A stretch of DNA of 61,866 nt, counting the filler, from Choristocarpus tenellus KU-1152 (lineage: Eukaryota; Protista; Phaeophyceae): NCBI GenBank assembly GCA_964200185.2. It is 7 parts of 7 records of this genome, joined end to end, with 100 filler letters (N's around TTAATTAATTAA, not from the genome) between each part and the next. Parts side by side here need not be neighbours in the genome. Positions count along the whole stretch, not along the records: positions 39,096 to 46,120 come from CAXNAD020006833.1; positions 46,221 to 48,932 come from CAXNAD020025400.1; positions 49,033 to 55,060 come from CAXNAD020009134.1; 4 more parts are not named here. The stretch is one strand, 5' to 3'. The notes below the pieces were generated by a model. That model did not search any database, was not told where the DNA came from, and saw nothing but the letters and a program-made list of their open reading frames with translations. A program made the translations under genes and the position numbers. This document shows positions 39,107 through 51,582 of the stretch, piece after piece. Position 1 is the first letter of the stretch; each line of letters opens with the position of its first letter.

Positions 39107-39193
39107 CGCAGGTGAGGCAAAATCGAACTGCTGCGGCGTCAACCGCCCACGGGTTTGAAGCCCGAGCCCCACACCAGTGAGGATCACCCCTGC
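39107..39193 (-). tRNA. tRNA-Sec: tRNA-Sec (anticodon UCA), copy 1
   Basis: GCAGGGGTGATCCTCACTGGTGTGGGGCTCGGGCTTCAAACCCGTGGGCGGTTGACGCCGCAGCAGTTCGATTTTGCCTCACCTGCG, 87 nt. Folds 9/4: 6-bp D stem with TGGT loop, CTTCAAA anticodon loop, long variable arm, TTCGATT T-loop, G discriminator. Confidence 0.92.
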
Positions 39194-39251
39194 CAGTCAC
39201 AAACAATATTGCACATGCAACAATAAATACAAGGCAAAACAGACACAGCAA

Positions 39252-39338
39252 CGCAGGTGAGGCAGAATCGAACTGCTGCGGTGTCAGCCGCCCACGGGTT
39301 TGAAGCCCGAGCCCCACACCAGTGAGAATCACCCCTGC
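39252..39338 (-). tRNA. tRNA-Sec: tRNA-Sec (anticodon UCA), copy 2
   Basis: 87 nt, 4 substitutions relative to copy 1; perfect GCAG/CTGC T stem; TTTT 13 nt downstream (39236-39239). Confidence 0.92.
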
Positions 39339-42300
39339 CTCGACCACGTAAAAAAATGTTAAGAACGAACTGTTTCAAAAATCGATATGGCTTGAATGTA
39401 AAAGGAGAGAAACATAAATAACCCTTGTCTCACTTGATGCTGTCTGGAACGTCAGGTGTTGTTGGGAGTGGAAGATAAGTGTATCATATTTCTCGTTGAT
39501 AAGGTTTTGGTCAAGTAAGAAGTTGGCCTAGACATAAGTTGATCTTTATAATTGATTTAGAGATGATAAGATATGTTGTGATGAGTGGTGGTGGTGGGGT
39601 GGGGAGGAGTTGGTATATGTGGAGGTATTTGCATTTGTTAATACACCAATCATTACAAAGGTAAGTAATACCGCGAGCACCAACTGAATTGACGCGCACG
39701 GAGTTCATTTCTATACCATTCATAACTCTTCACAAACAATTTGCCCTGACACTGAATCAATCTGAATTGGTGGAGGAGGCACTATCCAACCGATACCTGG
39801 TAGCTGAATATAGACGAAAGGGTATAGACACGAGTCCTACACGTACACGCCCCAGGGCTGAAGGACGTGTACAGCAACACTCGCCTATAAACAGCCGATT
39901 GAGCACCGTCTACAGGCAGATGGGTGTCCGTCCCTGCACCCTGGAGGATGGAAGCCTCTTCACCTTTGATTGGAATGCCCATGTGGATGCGACATTCCAT
40001 GCCGGTACACTACTGAATTGTGTGTGGCTTTCACAAAGGTCCAGATGGATAGCCATCTCCAACAATCATAATTGAATAACAGAAGCAATTGTTGCTGCTG
40101 CATCTGAGGCCAGGAACCGTAACTACTACGAGGGATCTTTTGACCCTCGTAGTCCAACATCAACATGTTCGCGGTGGAAAGCTTCCGCCTTCTAGGCACA
40201 TAGGCAAAGCAATTTCTCGATGAAATGGCAACTCATGTGGCGCCAGTTCAGATCAGTTTCAGTTAATTATCATAGTTTTCCTAATAGTCTTCTTGATTTC
40301 AAGTACACTGCATCTATTGCTTTGATGAATCCAAAGGACTTTCCTGTAAGAAGCAGCACAGACTCTGTCGCTGCTATGTCCGTTGCATGAACCTTTTTTT
40401 CTTTAAGAGTCTGGGTGTTGCTGCAAGAGGCCCCTATTTGAGAAAAAAAAGGTCATGGAAGGGGGAAGGGGCTGGGTGCACCGTATCATTGATCAAGGAA
40501 TGCATTCAGTAATGCAATCATGTGGGCAAGGATGGTGCACACCACAAGGAATTATGCTAGTTGGAACATGTAGGGCTGGTGGGATGGAGGGGGGTTGAAG
40601 GAGGTAGCAAATATGAAAGAAAGTGCTTGAAGCAAGGAGACATGTGTCTACATTTATTTATATGTAAGCAAGGTAAAACCTTCCCTAAGGTGCTTTGGTT
40701 GGGTCAATCATGGGAACATGGCCAACATGGTAGCAGTGATTGCGCTCAGCATAAGGACATTGCAAGTGCTCATGGTCAAAAGGGTCTAGTTCCCCTCTGA
40801 AAATCTCGACGGACTAAAGCCCTGTATTGAATCGTGTGCAGTCAAGTTATTATCATTGTGTTGTGTGTAGGGGTCAAAGTGTGGCTACTGGGCAGCTTTG
40901 AGTTAACTTAAAGAACTTGTGCATGGAGTGTGCAACTCATCTTGAGGCACCTCGCTATATATATTACTCTGTGGAGGGGTATCCAGTATATAGGGAAATT
41001 TCACCTGTGTGGAGAGGGTTCTGCAATAGCAAGGATGTCGCCATCATGTCAGAGTCGCTTTCAATGGGTGTTGTCCTTATCTGAGGACTCCTCACTGCTG
41101 TCAGGGGGGCGTGTGGAATATGGAGCCAAAGATAGAGCTCACTCTGGACTTGCTGGAGCTTGGGCCATCACAGCTGGCGGATGTGCCATTGCTGCTCGCA
41201 GCACTGGAAGGATATGCAAAGATAGTCATTGAAACAGTGAAAGTCGAAGTTTACCTTGCAGCTTGTCAAGAACGGTCCTCCTTAATGTCTCTCTCACTGC
41301 TACAGCCTTCGTTTCTTGACCCAGATTCGAGTGTATCAGTTGGTTGTACCTATTCTCGAGTATAGCAAAAAGATGTTGTCGTCCATCATAGCCTCAAATG
41401 CCTTAGTAGCCAGGAGGGCAATTGTTGTCCATACCAGACTCTGTCCCAATATTTCTGATCCTGAACAATCGAAGTTTGTTACAGACTCCCCCCTGGAGGG
41501 CCTTGAGGCCAAGAGTCCTGGAAACCTCTCCTTGTTGTAAACAGGCTCAAGTAAAATTAGTGGCAGCACCTGGCTGGCCCTGCCCAGGATCAGGAAAAAT
41601 AGGGACTGCTAGCACATGGTTCACGTTGCCCCATGCTTCTAGTTCTACTTCTGTTGTAATCTGGAGACTCAGCTGTGATTTCTCCAGGGCTCCACAGTCT
41701 GCTGTTCGCTGTGTACCCATCTATTGCTCATGACGACTGACTATAGGTGCACCACGTGTGTCTGCTCATTAAAAGTGAAGTGGCATCTACTAGTTGCAGT
41801 TTAGTGTGTATATATAAATGTGTGTGTGTATGGGAAGAATACCTTGTGTATCTCTTCTTATTCTCTACAATGACACACTCCAAATGTCTTCTGTGAGGGT
41901 AATAATAGTTCACACAATACAAGAGAATTGACCAAAAATTGGCAGGTTTGGGCTCTTTATACAAGTAATCTTTTTTGGCCCTGCACAATACACTATTTTT
42001 ATTTTTTATGTGCACAATAGTGCACGCAAAATTGATATTCCCTCTTTCTACACACTAAGTGACACCACAATTCACCAAAGACTCTTTCTCCCATTGTACA
42101 AAATATTTTCGCCCTTTCTCAGGGTCCTTAAAATGCAACGTTTCCTACCTATCGGTTGTTTTGACTCATCATTATATAATACATCTTTTTTGCACACTAT
42201 TACTGGACTCTTGCCTTGTTTCTAGATTGCCTTCATGGCACCACGTTAGGAGAGCAGTTTCAGCTATAATACTTATTCAAGAACTTTGACGTAGGTTTAT

Positions 42301-43770
42301 TTTTTCCTCGTTTAAAATACACTACAATTGATTCTTGTTGGCAAATCCGTATGACTTTCTTGGCTGCCACACAGACCCTGTATGCTGTTGTTTATAGTTG
42401 TATCCTTTCCCTTTGGTTTCTTCTTGTTCCCTCCACGATAACATCTGTAATAAAATGTCAGTTGAGCGTAATAATCCTACGCGTACAACATACGGAGTAT
42501 ACATACGTAAACACTTCGAAATACCAAACACACTGTTACAGATATTGGAATATATCACTGGACGTGAAATGGTGGATATTTGTAATTACTCCGAAACTTC
42601 TTCATGCCCACTGGTATTTCGCAGAGATTTTAATGGAGGGAACAAGAAGAAGCATGAAGGCAAAGAGTACAAGAAAAACGACAACATCGAAATATATATG
42701 TAGATTGCTTGGAGTAAACGCCTTCTAATTTGTAACTATCGTCCTCCAACACCTATCCCCTCCTGTCTACCTGTTGCCCCAAAAAACTTTTGTTGTTGAA
42801 CATTGTTGAAGGGAGGATGGTTGGTCCAGATCATTATTGATATTTATGCTGTCTGTTGGGACCCTGACCTGTGAAGCGTACATTATTTGTTAGGAAATTA
42901 ATGTTTGCCGCCTCAAAGTTCAAAGTGTTACGCACAAGCCCCCATCTAGCTACACACCTTTGCTTACCTTTATCATAAAATTTGGCACAGGCAAGCACAA
43001 TCAGGCCACCCCTGGCACAACCACCACTTCAAAGAAGCAGCTCATCCCAGCTACCAAGGAAAAGCACCCCCTGTGTCTTTCCTTCTGATGTTGCTGAAGC
43101 ACTGTAAGAGTATAGAGACAGATATTTTCCTTCTTCGTTTCACTAAAGCACTTGAGTACATTTGCTCTGTAATGTCCAATGTCCAGCCAATGCTCGGGGG
43201 GTTTGCCTGTATAATATATTTTTCACATGAATGCTTAGCTGTGTATACTGCCAGATCGTTGAAAGTTGTGTTATGCACGTTGCTCCAGGTATGCTCATTT
43301 GTTTCTTGACGGTTAGCTAAAACGCCTCAAACTCTATTATAACCTGGGATGGTCACCAACCCTATACTAATATTTCCTTTTGTAAAATCATCTGATTTTA
43401 GGCTCCTGCCGTCATCGAATTGGGACCCTTGGAAAGATATGTATGATATATAGATAACCAGTCTTCTGAATTGTATTAATAAAACTAGAAAGCGGGAAGG
43501 TCAAAAGACGTGGATATTGCTTCTTGCTCTTGCTTCCTCGCCTTATTTTTCTTCTACAATAGTATCAAGTAAAAGCTAGGTACATACACCTGTAGTTCTA
43601 TACATAGTTATATGATGTATTGATAGTAACTACCTTAGGAACGGGGAATCTGGATCAGGGGACCCTCTTGCAGTACAAAGTTTCCCTTTTGGCATAGAGA
43701 CTCCACGAGGTCAGCTTCCTGAAACCACAAGACGGTGATATTAGCCTACTACGCACAAATTGTTACAGTT

Positions 43771-44029
43771 GAATGAAAGTATCTTAGAGGGTAGAGCCGC
43801 GTCCATTTGGGGACCAAAATGCAATATTGCAATTTTGATGGAATTTTGGCTACCGTGTTTGTTAGGGAATGGCAATATCCTTGTTCCAGACACACCTTTT
43901 CATAACATACACATTCTACCTACTCCGAAACATTTTGGAGTAGGTAAAATATCATTAAAAACTCATTGGAAGCCAAGCCTGAAATGGACAAACAGGGAAA
44001 AACGTGTACGCTCTAAGATACTTTCACTC
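43771..44029 (-). mobile_element. MITE family 1, inverted orientation, 4-bp TSD AGTT
   Basis: agtt|gaatgaaagtatcttagaggg ... ctctaagatactttcactc|agtt. Confidence 0.9.
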
Positions 44030-44316
44030 AGTTCATGGCTCTAATTTTTTTCATTCAAGCAATTCCGAACTTGCAATACAAAGGCACCATCTATTGGACT
44101 TACAGACTTTGTATGTATGCTAGGCGGTCACAGGTCGGTCCACCTTTGAGTATCTAAGTCTGTTCTTTGACTGAATTATAGACCATATTGAATAATCGAA
44201 GTCAGTGATCTAGATATTGTGACTTCTCCATCAAGACGCCTTCTTCCGCCAGCATATTTAAGCATTGAGCCCAAGAGGTCATCCCAATGAGAGGAGTTTA
44301 ACTCAACACCAATACA

Positions 44317-44574
44317 GAGTGAAAGTATCTTAGAGGGTACGATTTTTGCCCTGTTTGTCCATTTGGGACTTGGCTTCCCATGGGTTTTAATATATCATTT
44401 TCCTACTCCAAAATGTTTCTGAGTTGGTAAAATTTATACGTTATGAAAAGGTGCGTCGGGGACAAGGATATTGAAACTTCCTAACAAACACGATAGCCAA
44501 AATTACATCAAAATCGCAAAATTGGATTTTGGCCCCAAATGGACTCGGCCCTACCCTCTAAGATACTTTGGCTC
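44317..44574 (+). mobile_element. MITE family 1 copy
   Basis: gagtgaaagtatcttagagggt ... accctctaagatactttggctc; flanks share only aca. Confidence 0.88.
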
Positions 44575-47500
44575 ACACATCAATGGCACAACCAATTTAA
44601 TATTAGAGTACCTACTTCACAACTCTCAAATAGTTCCCACCGGGCTAAGAGTTCAGATTCCCAGTTCCTGGGGTCATTTAAAAATTATGTTATCAAAGTG
44701 TTAGTATACAAATAACTTAGTAAAGGTGTATTCAGTCCTGTTTCAATTTGTGTTTTTATTGACCTGTTCTTTCTCTTTGTCATACCTATCTATCGTTACT
44801 GTATCCCAACACATTTTGCTGGACACATATCTCTCACCCTGTCAAATTTCTTCCTGCAAACGAGAAAGGTACTCGGCCTTGATGGTATTACTGTTTTCTG
44901 TACTTATTGAAGAGGATGTCGTCAATACTTCGAAATTTTTTAGTAAGAATTGTATTTTTCATAACATAATTAGTGGAGTATTCAATATCGTTGCAGAACA
45001 TACACACAGCTTTAGTTTATCAAACTATATCATCGAGATAATCCAAACCTTGACATTCGTACATTATGGCTCACCAATAAAGGAAAGAATAGTTGTTACA
45101 GAACGATAACAACATCTCAAACCAAGTCCTTTCAATCCACACCATCCACATAATACCTTCACATATTTGAATTTGGGCATGTGGGAAAATTTTGGCCACA
45201 TTCCGACGGATCGATACCTACTCAGATTATCATACACAGTGATAGGAGTAAGTACATGTATACACAGTATTATTAAATCATGTGTCAGTTGTATTAAGTC
45301 TAGCAAGCCGCGACCTTAAACGCATGCATGTTCATCTCATACGTAATCGTGCACCCAAATATTGATGTATGTTACCCAACACCAACAGAAACACGTTGAT
45401 ATATTGATATCACACAACTGTATTGTTTAACACCTCAGGTATGAACATAGCTGGAAAAAACATCTACCACACATACCGTGTTGAAACTGATAACAAGAGG
45501 CAATTCTGCGAGACCAAAACAAGGAATTATTGATCAAAAACAAAGTAACCAGAAACTAGTTGCTGGAGTATGAACCCTAGATAGGAGGTAGAAGTGGGAT
45601 GTGCTATTACTTGTACTCTGTGGATAGTCAATATCTCCTAGCCTCCTCCACTACTTGCACTACTCCTCCATGACACTTGTCAGATTTTTCCACACATATC
45701 AGTTGTGAATATACTGTCCGTTCCGCTTCCTCGTGGCTGCAAAAAGATATTGTAAAACTGCTCTGTTGTCTTCCCACTAATATGCATAATTGATCCGGGC
45801 ACAGAACCACACCGAGAGGGGACACACCTGTCTGAAGAGACAAGCAAAAGGGTAAGCAAGCTTATCGTCCAAAAACATACCCTGGGCATCGTCCCTACAC
45901 CTGCCAGTACAGCTGTCCTGGTGCTGGATCATTTTACTTGGACTAGCACTACTTTAAGCCATGATTCCCACACCTATCAGCCAAAAAACACATTGAAGAA
46001 CGAGAAAAGACCCAAAGTATCTGGGAGGGGGGGGGGGGGGGGGGACAACAAAGGGGGGTCCATTGGGGAAAAAATGAGAAGGGAGGGGGGGGGGGGGGAG
46101 AAGGAGGGGGGGGCGGGGGGNNNNNNNNNNNNNNNNNNNNNNNNNNNNNNNNNNNNNNNNNNNNTTAATTAATTAANNNNNNNNNNNNNNNNNNNNNNNN
46201 NNNNNNNNNNNNNNNNNNNNAGAGGTACCGCTATATAAAACGTTTACAAAAAAGATAAATAGATCAGCTTTTACGAGGGGGTCCCTCGAGGAAAGGGGGG
46301 GGGGGGGGGGTTGTTGTGTAAGGCCTAGGCCCTTAACAGAAGAGTTGTTGGGATAATGGCAGATATAGTGCCCTCCTACGTTAGCTCACGACAATGGGAG
46401 AGCAAAGGATTGTTCCCTACCTTCATGATTAACGTAATGTAATATCGGGGAAAAGTTTTGCTTGTAACGTCATCCAGGGAGGGCCCTTGTTTCCCTTGCT
46501 TGTAGAGTAAAGGATATTCCTTGAAGGCATTGTGCTTCCACCTTGATAAAAAGGATCATTTTCGTTTTTACTATTTTTTTATTTGTACTCTTATTTTCCA
46601 CTCTCTTCTTGTATTGTTGCATGGTGTGTATCTCTTCGAGTATTATTGTTCCTCCCCCACATATGTGACTTGTTTTCAAATACCGTTATTCGGAGGTTTG
46701 GCTCGAGATGATTGTCAACTATAGTTACGAGTATACTCGAGTACGACTCATCAGGTGTATTTCATGCTGGGAGGTATGTTGATGATGTCTGTTATGTGGT
46801 TTTTGTGTCATCACAGATATATATAGATAGATAAATGGTATGATGGTTTGAAGCTCCTATATTTTTTGTTCAGCCTTTTCGACCTCCTTCTACAAGCATG
46901 AAATAGCGATGCACATAGTTCATGTTAGGGGACATGTTGCAGGGCGATAGTGTTACATTTGTGCTCAAGTATTATTTTTCATTATTTGAGTTTGTTGTTG
47001 TTGAGTGTTACTGTTTTTGTGTTATTGGGGGTATTCTAGGCCGATTTTGGAAATTTGGTGTTTTTTAGCACTAATTTGTTGTTGCATTGTATGCTCTTCT
47101 ACACGTCCGAGAAAATGTGTGTGTGGACTTGCAATATGTCCATTCTTTGATTCATGTTTATAAGTCCTCAGCTGAAATAGAATTGGTGGTGCCTATAGCT
47201 AAGGGATTTCAGAAGGCGAGAGGTCGTCTGAATACTATCAATATTTCGAAATACATGATCATCACCAGCCCATTGCGGTGCAACCAAATCACATGTTGAC
47301 AACCTCCCATACAAAGCATTACCTCTTACAGAGCACTTTCTGAGACCTACACCACTTGACATCTGTTCATCAGCACGTGCAATTCAACATTGAAGCCACT
47401 ATCACACGTGAACTCGGGCTGAAACAATACACAAGGAAAATGCCTTGCCCAGGCATCCATTTTTGAAGTTGAATTTAGACTTTTGATCTGACTTACGGGT

Positions 47501-48116
47501 TGTGAAACTCGGTTGTTTTGGGACAGTATACCTTATCCTGAATGCTTCTGAGGGGTCACCTGTAGGTTCGGTCCATTCTAGGATATTTGAGACCTGGAGG
47601 CATCTCCTCTATGACTCGAGTGGGCGAAGTTTAAACATTTCTACGATTTAGAGTGACGATCTGTTCTTTGGTGTTGATGGTTCTGCTTTGCCTGTCTCAG
47701 ACTGTTTAAATCACCAATATTCACGTCGTAGGGGAGATGTCCCTGAAACTCTATCATCGCGCTGAAAATCAGTAGGTTTAATGGAGGCTGAAGGTCCAAA
47801 AAAGGGTTCCACATAGGGCATTAGATCCTAAAGCAACCTGATCCTTCCTAGCTCCCATTTGGATCAACCCAAACTCAACTACACACTTCAAACATTTGTA
47901 GGCAGCACATTAGTCGCATATACATCCCATTACCAAGGTCGCTCATATGTCACTCCTTTTTGTCTTTGGCATACGTAAGGTAATAATCTCCAGGAAATTT
48001 CCCAGAGGTCAAATAGACTACTATCTACTCAATATACTCCAGAAAACATATTATGCGCCCTCTGATATATTGTTTGCAGATGGAAAATACTGTTAACACC
48101 ATTCAGAACACGAAAA

Positions 48117-48295
48117 GACACAAAGTATCTGGGAGGGGGGGGGGTCTACGCCAGGGTATCCATTTGGGCTGTTACCAGGAAAATTGCACTTACATTATCC
48201 ATCTAACACAAGCAAACAAATTCAACCAAAAATTACGACATGGAAAAATGGGCCCCAAATGGACAGCCACCACTCCCCCTCAGATACTTTGAGTC
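48117..48295 (+). mobile_element. MITE family 2 (~180 bp, poly-G next to the TIR)
   Basis: gacacaaagtatctgggaggggg ... ccccctcagatactttgagtc. Confidence 0.85.
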
Positions 48296-48659
48296 AAACA
48301 TTGTACTGAGTAGGCGTAAAAACCAAATACAGACGCTATTTTCTACACACTCTAGAACTCTATCATTTTAGAGAGTGTGAGAGGAACGCTCACTACCAAT
48401 TTTTGAAGCATGTTTTTAGAGGTATTGCTAGCAACTGTGATGGGTGGGTGCACTCGCTAAAAAAAAAATGCTGAGGGAAGATTGAAGTCGTAGTGATGAC
48501 GTAGGTGTAAATATGCCATAGCAAGACATGTTTGCTTTCAGGTTGTATCAACTGTGCAATATAGACTAGTAGTCTGTATGATTTATAGTATAAAAGTGAA
48601 TGAAGTAATTTAACTTGAACTTATATGTGACTGGCGTAGTTTAACTTGAACGTATAGCC

Positions 48660-48932
48660 CCAGAACTCACTTACGACCAGCTCAAGAACGCCATCATATC
48701 ATCCTCGTCTTACATGACCACGGAGGTCATAGGAGACACACCTAGGAGATCTGGGGCGATGGCGTTTCACACAGGAGCAGAAAATCAGAATAGAAAACAA
48801 GGGTCCAAGAAAGGCTTCGATCCCAATCAATGCACATTCTGTTTAAAATATAATCACTGGTGGCGAGAATGTCCCTTATACTTGACTGGCCAACCTCCCG
48901 CTAAGCGCCGCTATGGGATGCCGAAACCAAGA
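48660..48932 (+). mobile_element. LTR retrotransposon (probably Copia) gag fragment with zinc knuckle
   Basis: LTYDQLKNAII...AMAF...CTFCLKYNHWWREC (CX2CX4HX4C); truncated by the linker. Confidence 0.7.
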
Positions 48933-49032
48933 NNNNNNNNNNNNNNNNNNNNNNNNNNNNNNNNNNNNNNNNNNNNTTAATTAATTAANNNNNNNNNNNN
49001 NNNNNNNNNNNNNNNNNNNNNNNNNNNNNNNN

Positions 49033-49260
49033 CAGGAGGCAGAGGTTGGTGAGGAAGGGGGGGGGGAAGAGGGCAATGACGAGGGTAATGATGAGGGGGA
49101 AGGGGAGGGGGAAGAAGAGGAGGAAGAAGAGGAAGAGCAGGGTGAGGAGGGAGAGGAGGAGGAGGGAGAGGAGGAGGAAGGAGAGGAGGAGGATGAAGAG
49201 GAGGAGGGGGAGGAGGAAGGGGAGGGAGAGGAAGAAGAAGATGCCGGGGAGAAGGGGGCT
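49033..49260. repeat. GA-rich (GAG/GGA) low-complexity tract; could encode a Ser/Pro-rich exon on the minus strand
   Basis: Nearly pure purine run. Confidence 0.7.
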
Positions 49261-51582
49261 ATTGCAACACGGCTGGGGGGACGCACACGAAAAGCGTGAG
49301 TCAGGACTTTCAGGTTGAACAGGGGAGAATGCGGGGGTGGATTGGAACGGATTTGATGAAAAAGGCTTAGGGACTTGGCCCATGTGTATTGAAGGGGGAT
49401 TTGATGAAAAGAGTGAATTTGTCAGGTTAGGGTTAGAGTTAGGGTTAGGCTTAGGGTTGAGGTTGGAATGGGAGGAAGTAACTTGTTTGTTTCAAGTTTA
49501 GTTTGTTGTCGACAGGTTGTAGTAAGGAGCTTACCTTGCAACAATTCTATTTTTTTTTTTTTTTTTCCGTAACCTGGTTGCTATAGTCGGCGTTACGATA
49601 CTGCTGCGAGCCATATCGCTACGATTTAATCAGATTGAAGATAATAATTGACTGAAAAAAATTGATTGTGTAGCTTCAATGGGTTGTTATTTCCTCTTGT
49701 GTCTGTGTGTTATACTATACACCCAGCTGAAATTTCCTTTGGTGCTTGGCGTCTTGCGCTTCTCGCCTTTTGCCCTGCCGACATGATCTTTTTGTTCTAA
49801 TCTATCTCACTAAAACCTCTTGAGTCATTTTCATATTTTACTTGCCAAAAAAGCATTTTGATTGGCAACACCAACCGAAGGAATAGTGATTGTGAATACG
49901 TGTGGATTGTCATCCTCTTATTTTTTATTATTGTTTATTGTGATGTAAACGAGTGCATTAAACTGCTAGCAATTGTTTAGTGTGTGTGTGTGTGTTTTAT
50001 TTTTATTTTTGAACAGCGATGCAACAACCACTGCGATGGAAACCACCTGTTTCTTAGCTTGATCAATCACCTCCACCTTGGGACATGTTTTTCATTAGTG
50101 GCACTAGCATACAAATATCTCTAACCCTAACAATGTAACAGAAGTGGATATCATGGATGAATATAAACATTGAACCGAGATCGAAGCGTGCTGTTACTGA
50201 TTCTGTTTGTTGCGTGTGAAATTATTTTTTCTGTTTTTTTGGTGACCTGTCTGTGCTCATGTGAAGGTCTCTCCCCCAAGCTCGAAGGCATGTGTGCATT
50301 CATAGACATAGTTGATGTACATGCAAATACAAGCTATTTTTTCTTATTATTAATGTACAAAATGTTGTGATAACAAGACCTGGAAAAATTCCCATCCATA
50401 GATCTATTTTTGATAGCAGCTGTGTGTAGTATATGCATCCCTTGAATGCTTCATCCTGTTTTGTACCCTTTTTTTTATGGTCTTGTGTGATTTCCATGAA
50501 AAACTGATGCACTAAGTTATCTTCAGAAATCAATTGAGGGAGTTCTTCAACACAGTTTGCGGGTGCCCCCTCTCTCTCCACGAAAGCCCCCCCCTGCTAG
50601 TTGTGAGAAGCAATGTATTTTTATATACTACGGAGTAAACCTACTATGTAGTGAATATGAAAAAATCGCTTTGCAACTTATGTGAAAAAAGAAGGATGAG
50701 AAATCATTTCAGTTCCAAGCACTGTGATTATGTGAGATGATTACATTTTCGGGATGTATTCAGTATTGTTCAGTAGGGGAGTGGGAGATCAGATAGTGAT
50801 ACCATCGATTTTTTTGTTCCATTTTTATGAAAGTAGATTTTTTTTTTCCAACAAGCATTTTAGTAGTGATTATATTTCCATGAAATAGGCTTGTGGCTTC
50901 AATAGTGGGGAATCACATCCATCCTCAGAGAGATTGTGGACTGTGCATATCTTGACAATAAACAGTCACTTCATCTCAGACTGTATAACCCTCTAAACCA
51001 TGGTTTGAATCCGTATTAGCTACATTGTGTTACACTCCTGCACAAACCCTCAACTCAAATAGAGGAGTGCAAGAGAGCCCTGGCTGAGTATAGAGATTGG
51101 ACTGCACATTGTGACAACTAAGTCAAGACTCTTCCCCACCCCCCACCCCCCACCGCCCATAACTATTGAAAATAACTTTAACCCTTGAAGCCCTATCCCT
51201 AACCTATCCCTAACCTATGCCTAACCCTAACCATATACGTGAAGGAGCGCAAAGTATCAAGAGTTCAAGCAGGTGCAGCGTAAATCTGTCCGGCAAAGTG
51301 GTGAGCCCCTGCACTCGAGGGGACCATCCAGACTATCCAATAGGGCTACATCTGGCCTGTCTGGGGTTGGACGTTCTGCAGTGCAGGTGTGATGTGGTAC
51401 TTGGTTATTGGGGAGGGCAAGTGAGGTTTGAACTGTACTTTGGGTGGTGGCCTTGTAGGTTCCCCATGATTTTTGTTTTGATTACAGTGTTGATAATTTA
51501 TCTTAGGGTGCTTTTGTACATGTATCCCCTAACCCTAACCCTAAACACTCAATCTTGGTTTGACTCGCTAACCTTAACCATA

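Noticed and set aside
39689-45900. Several 70-130 aa ORFs that look like decayed coding sequence
   Set aside because: No family motif could be recognised; probably old TE or viral debris, which needs a profile search.
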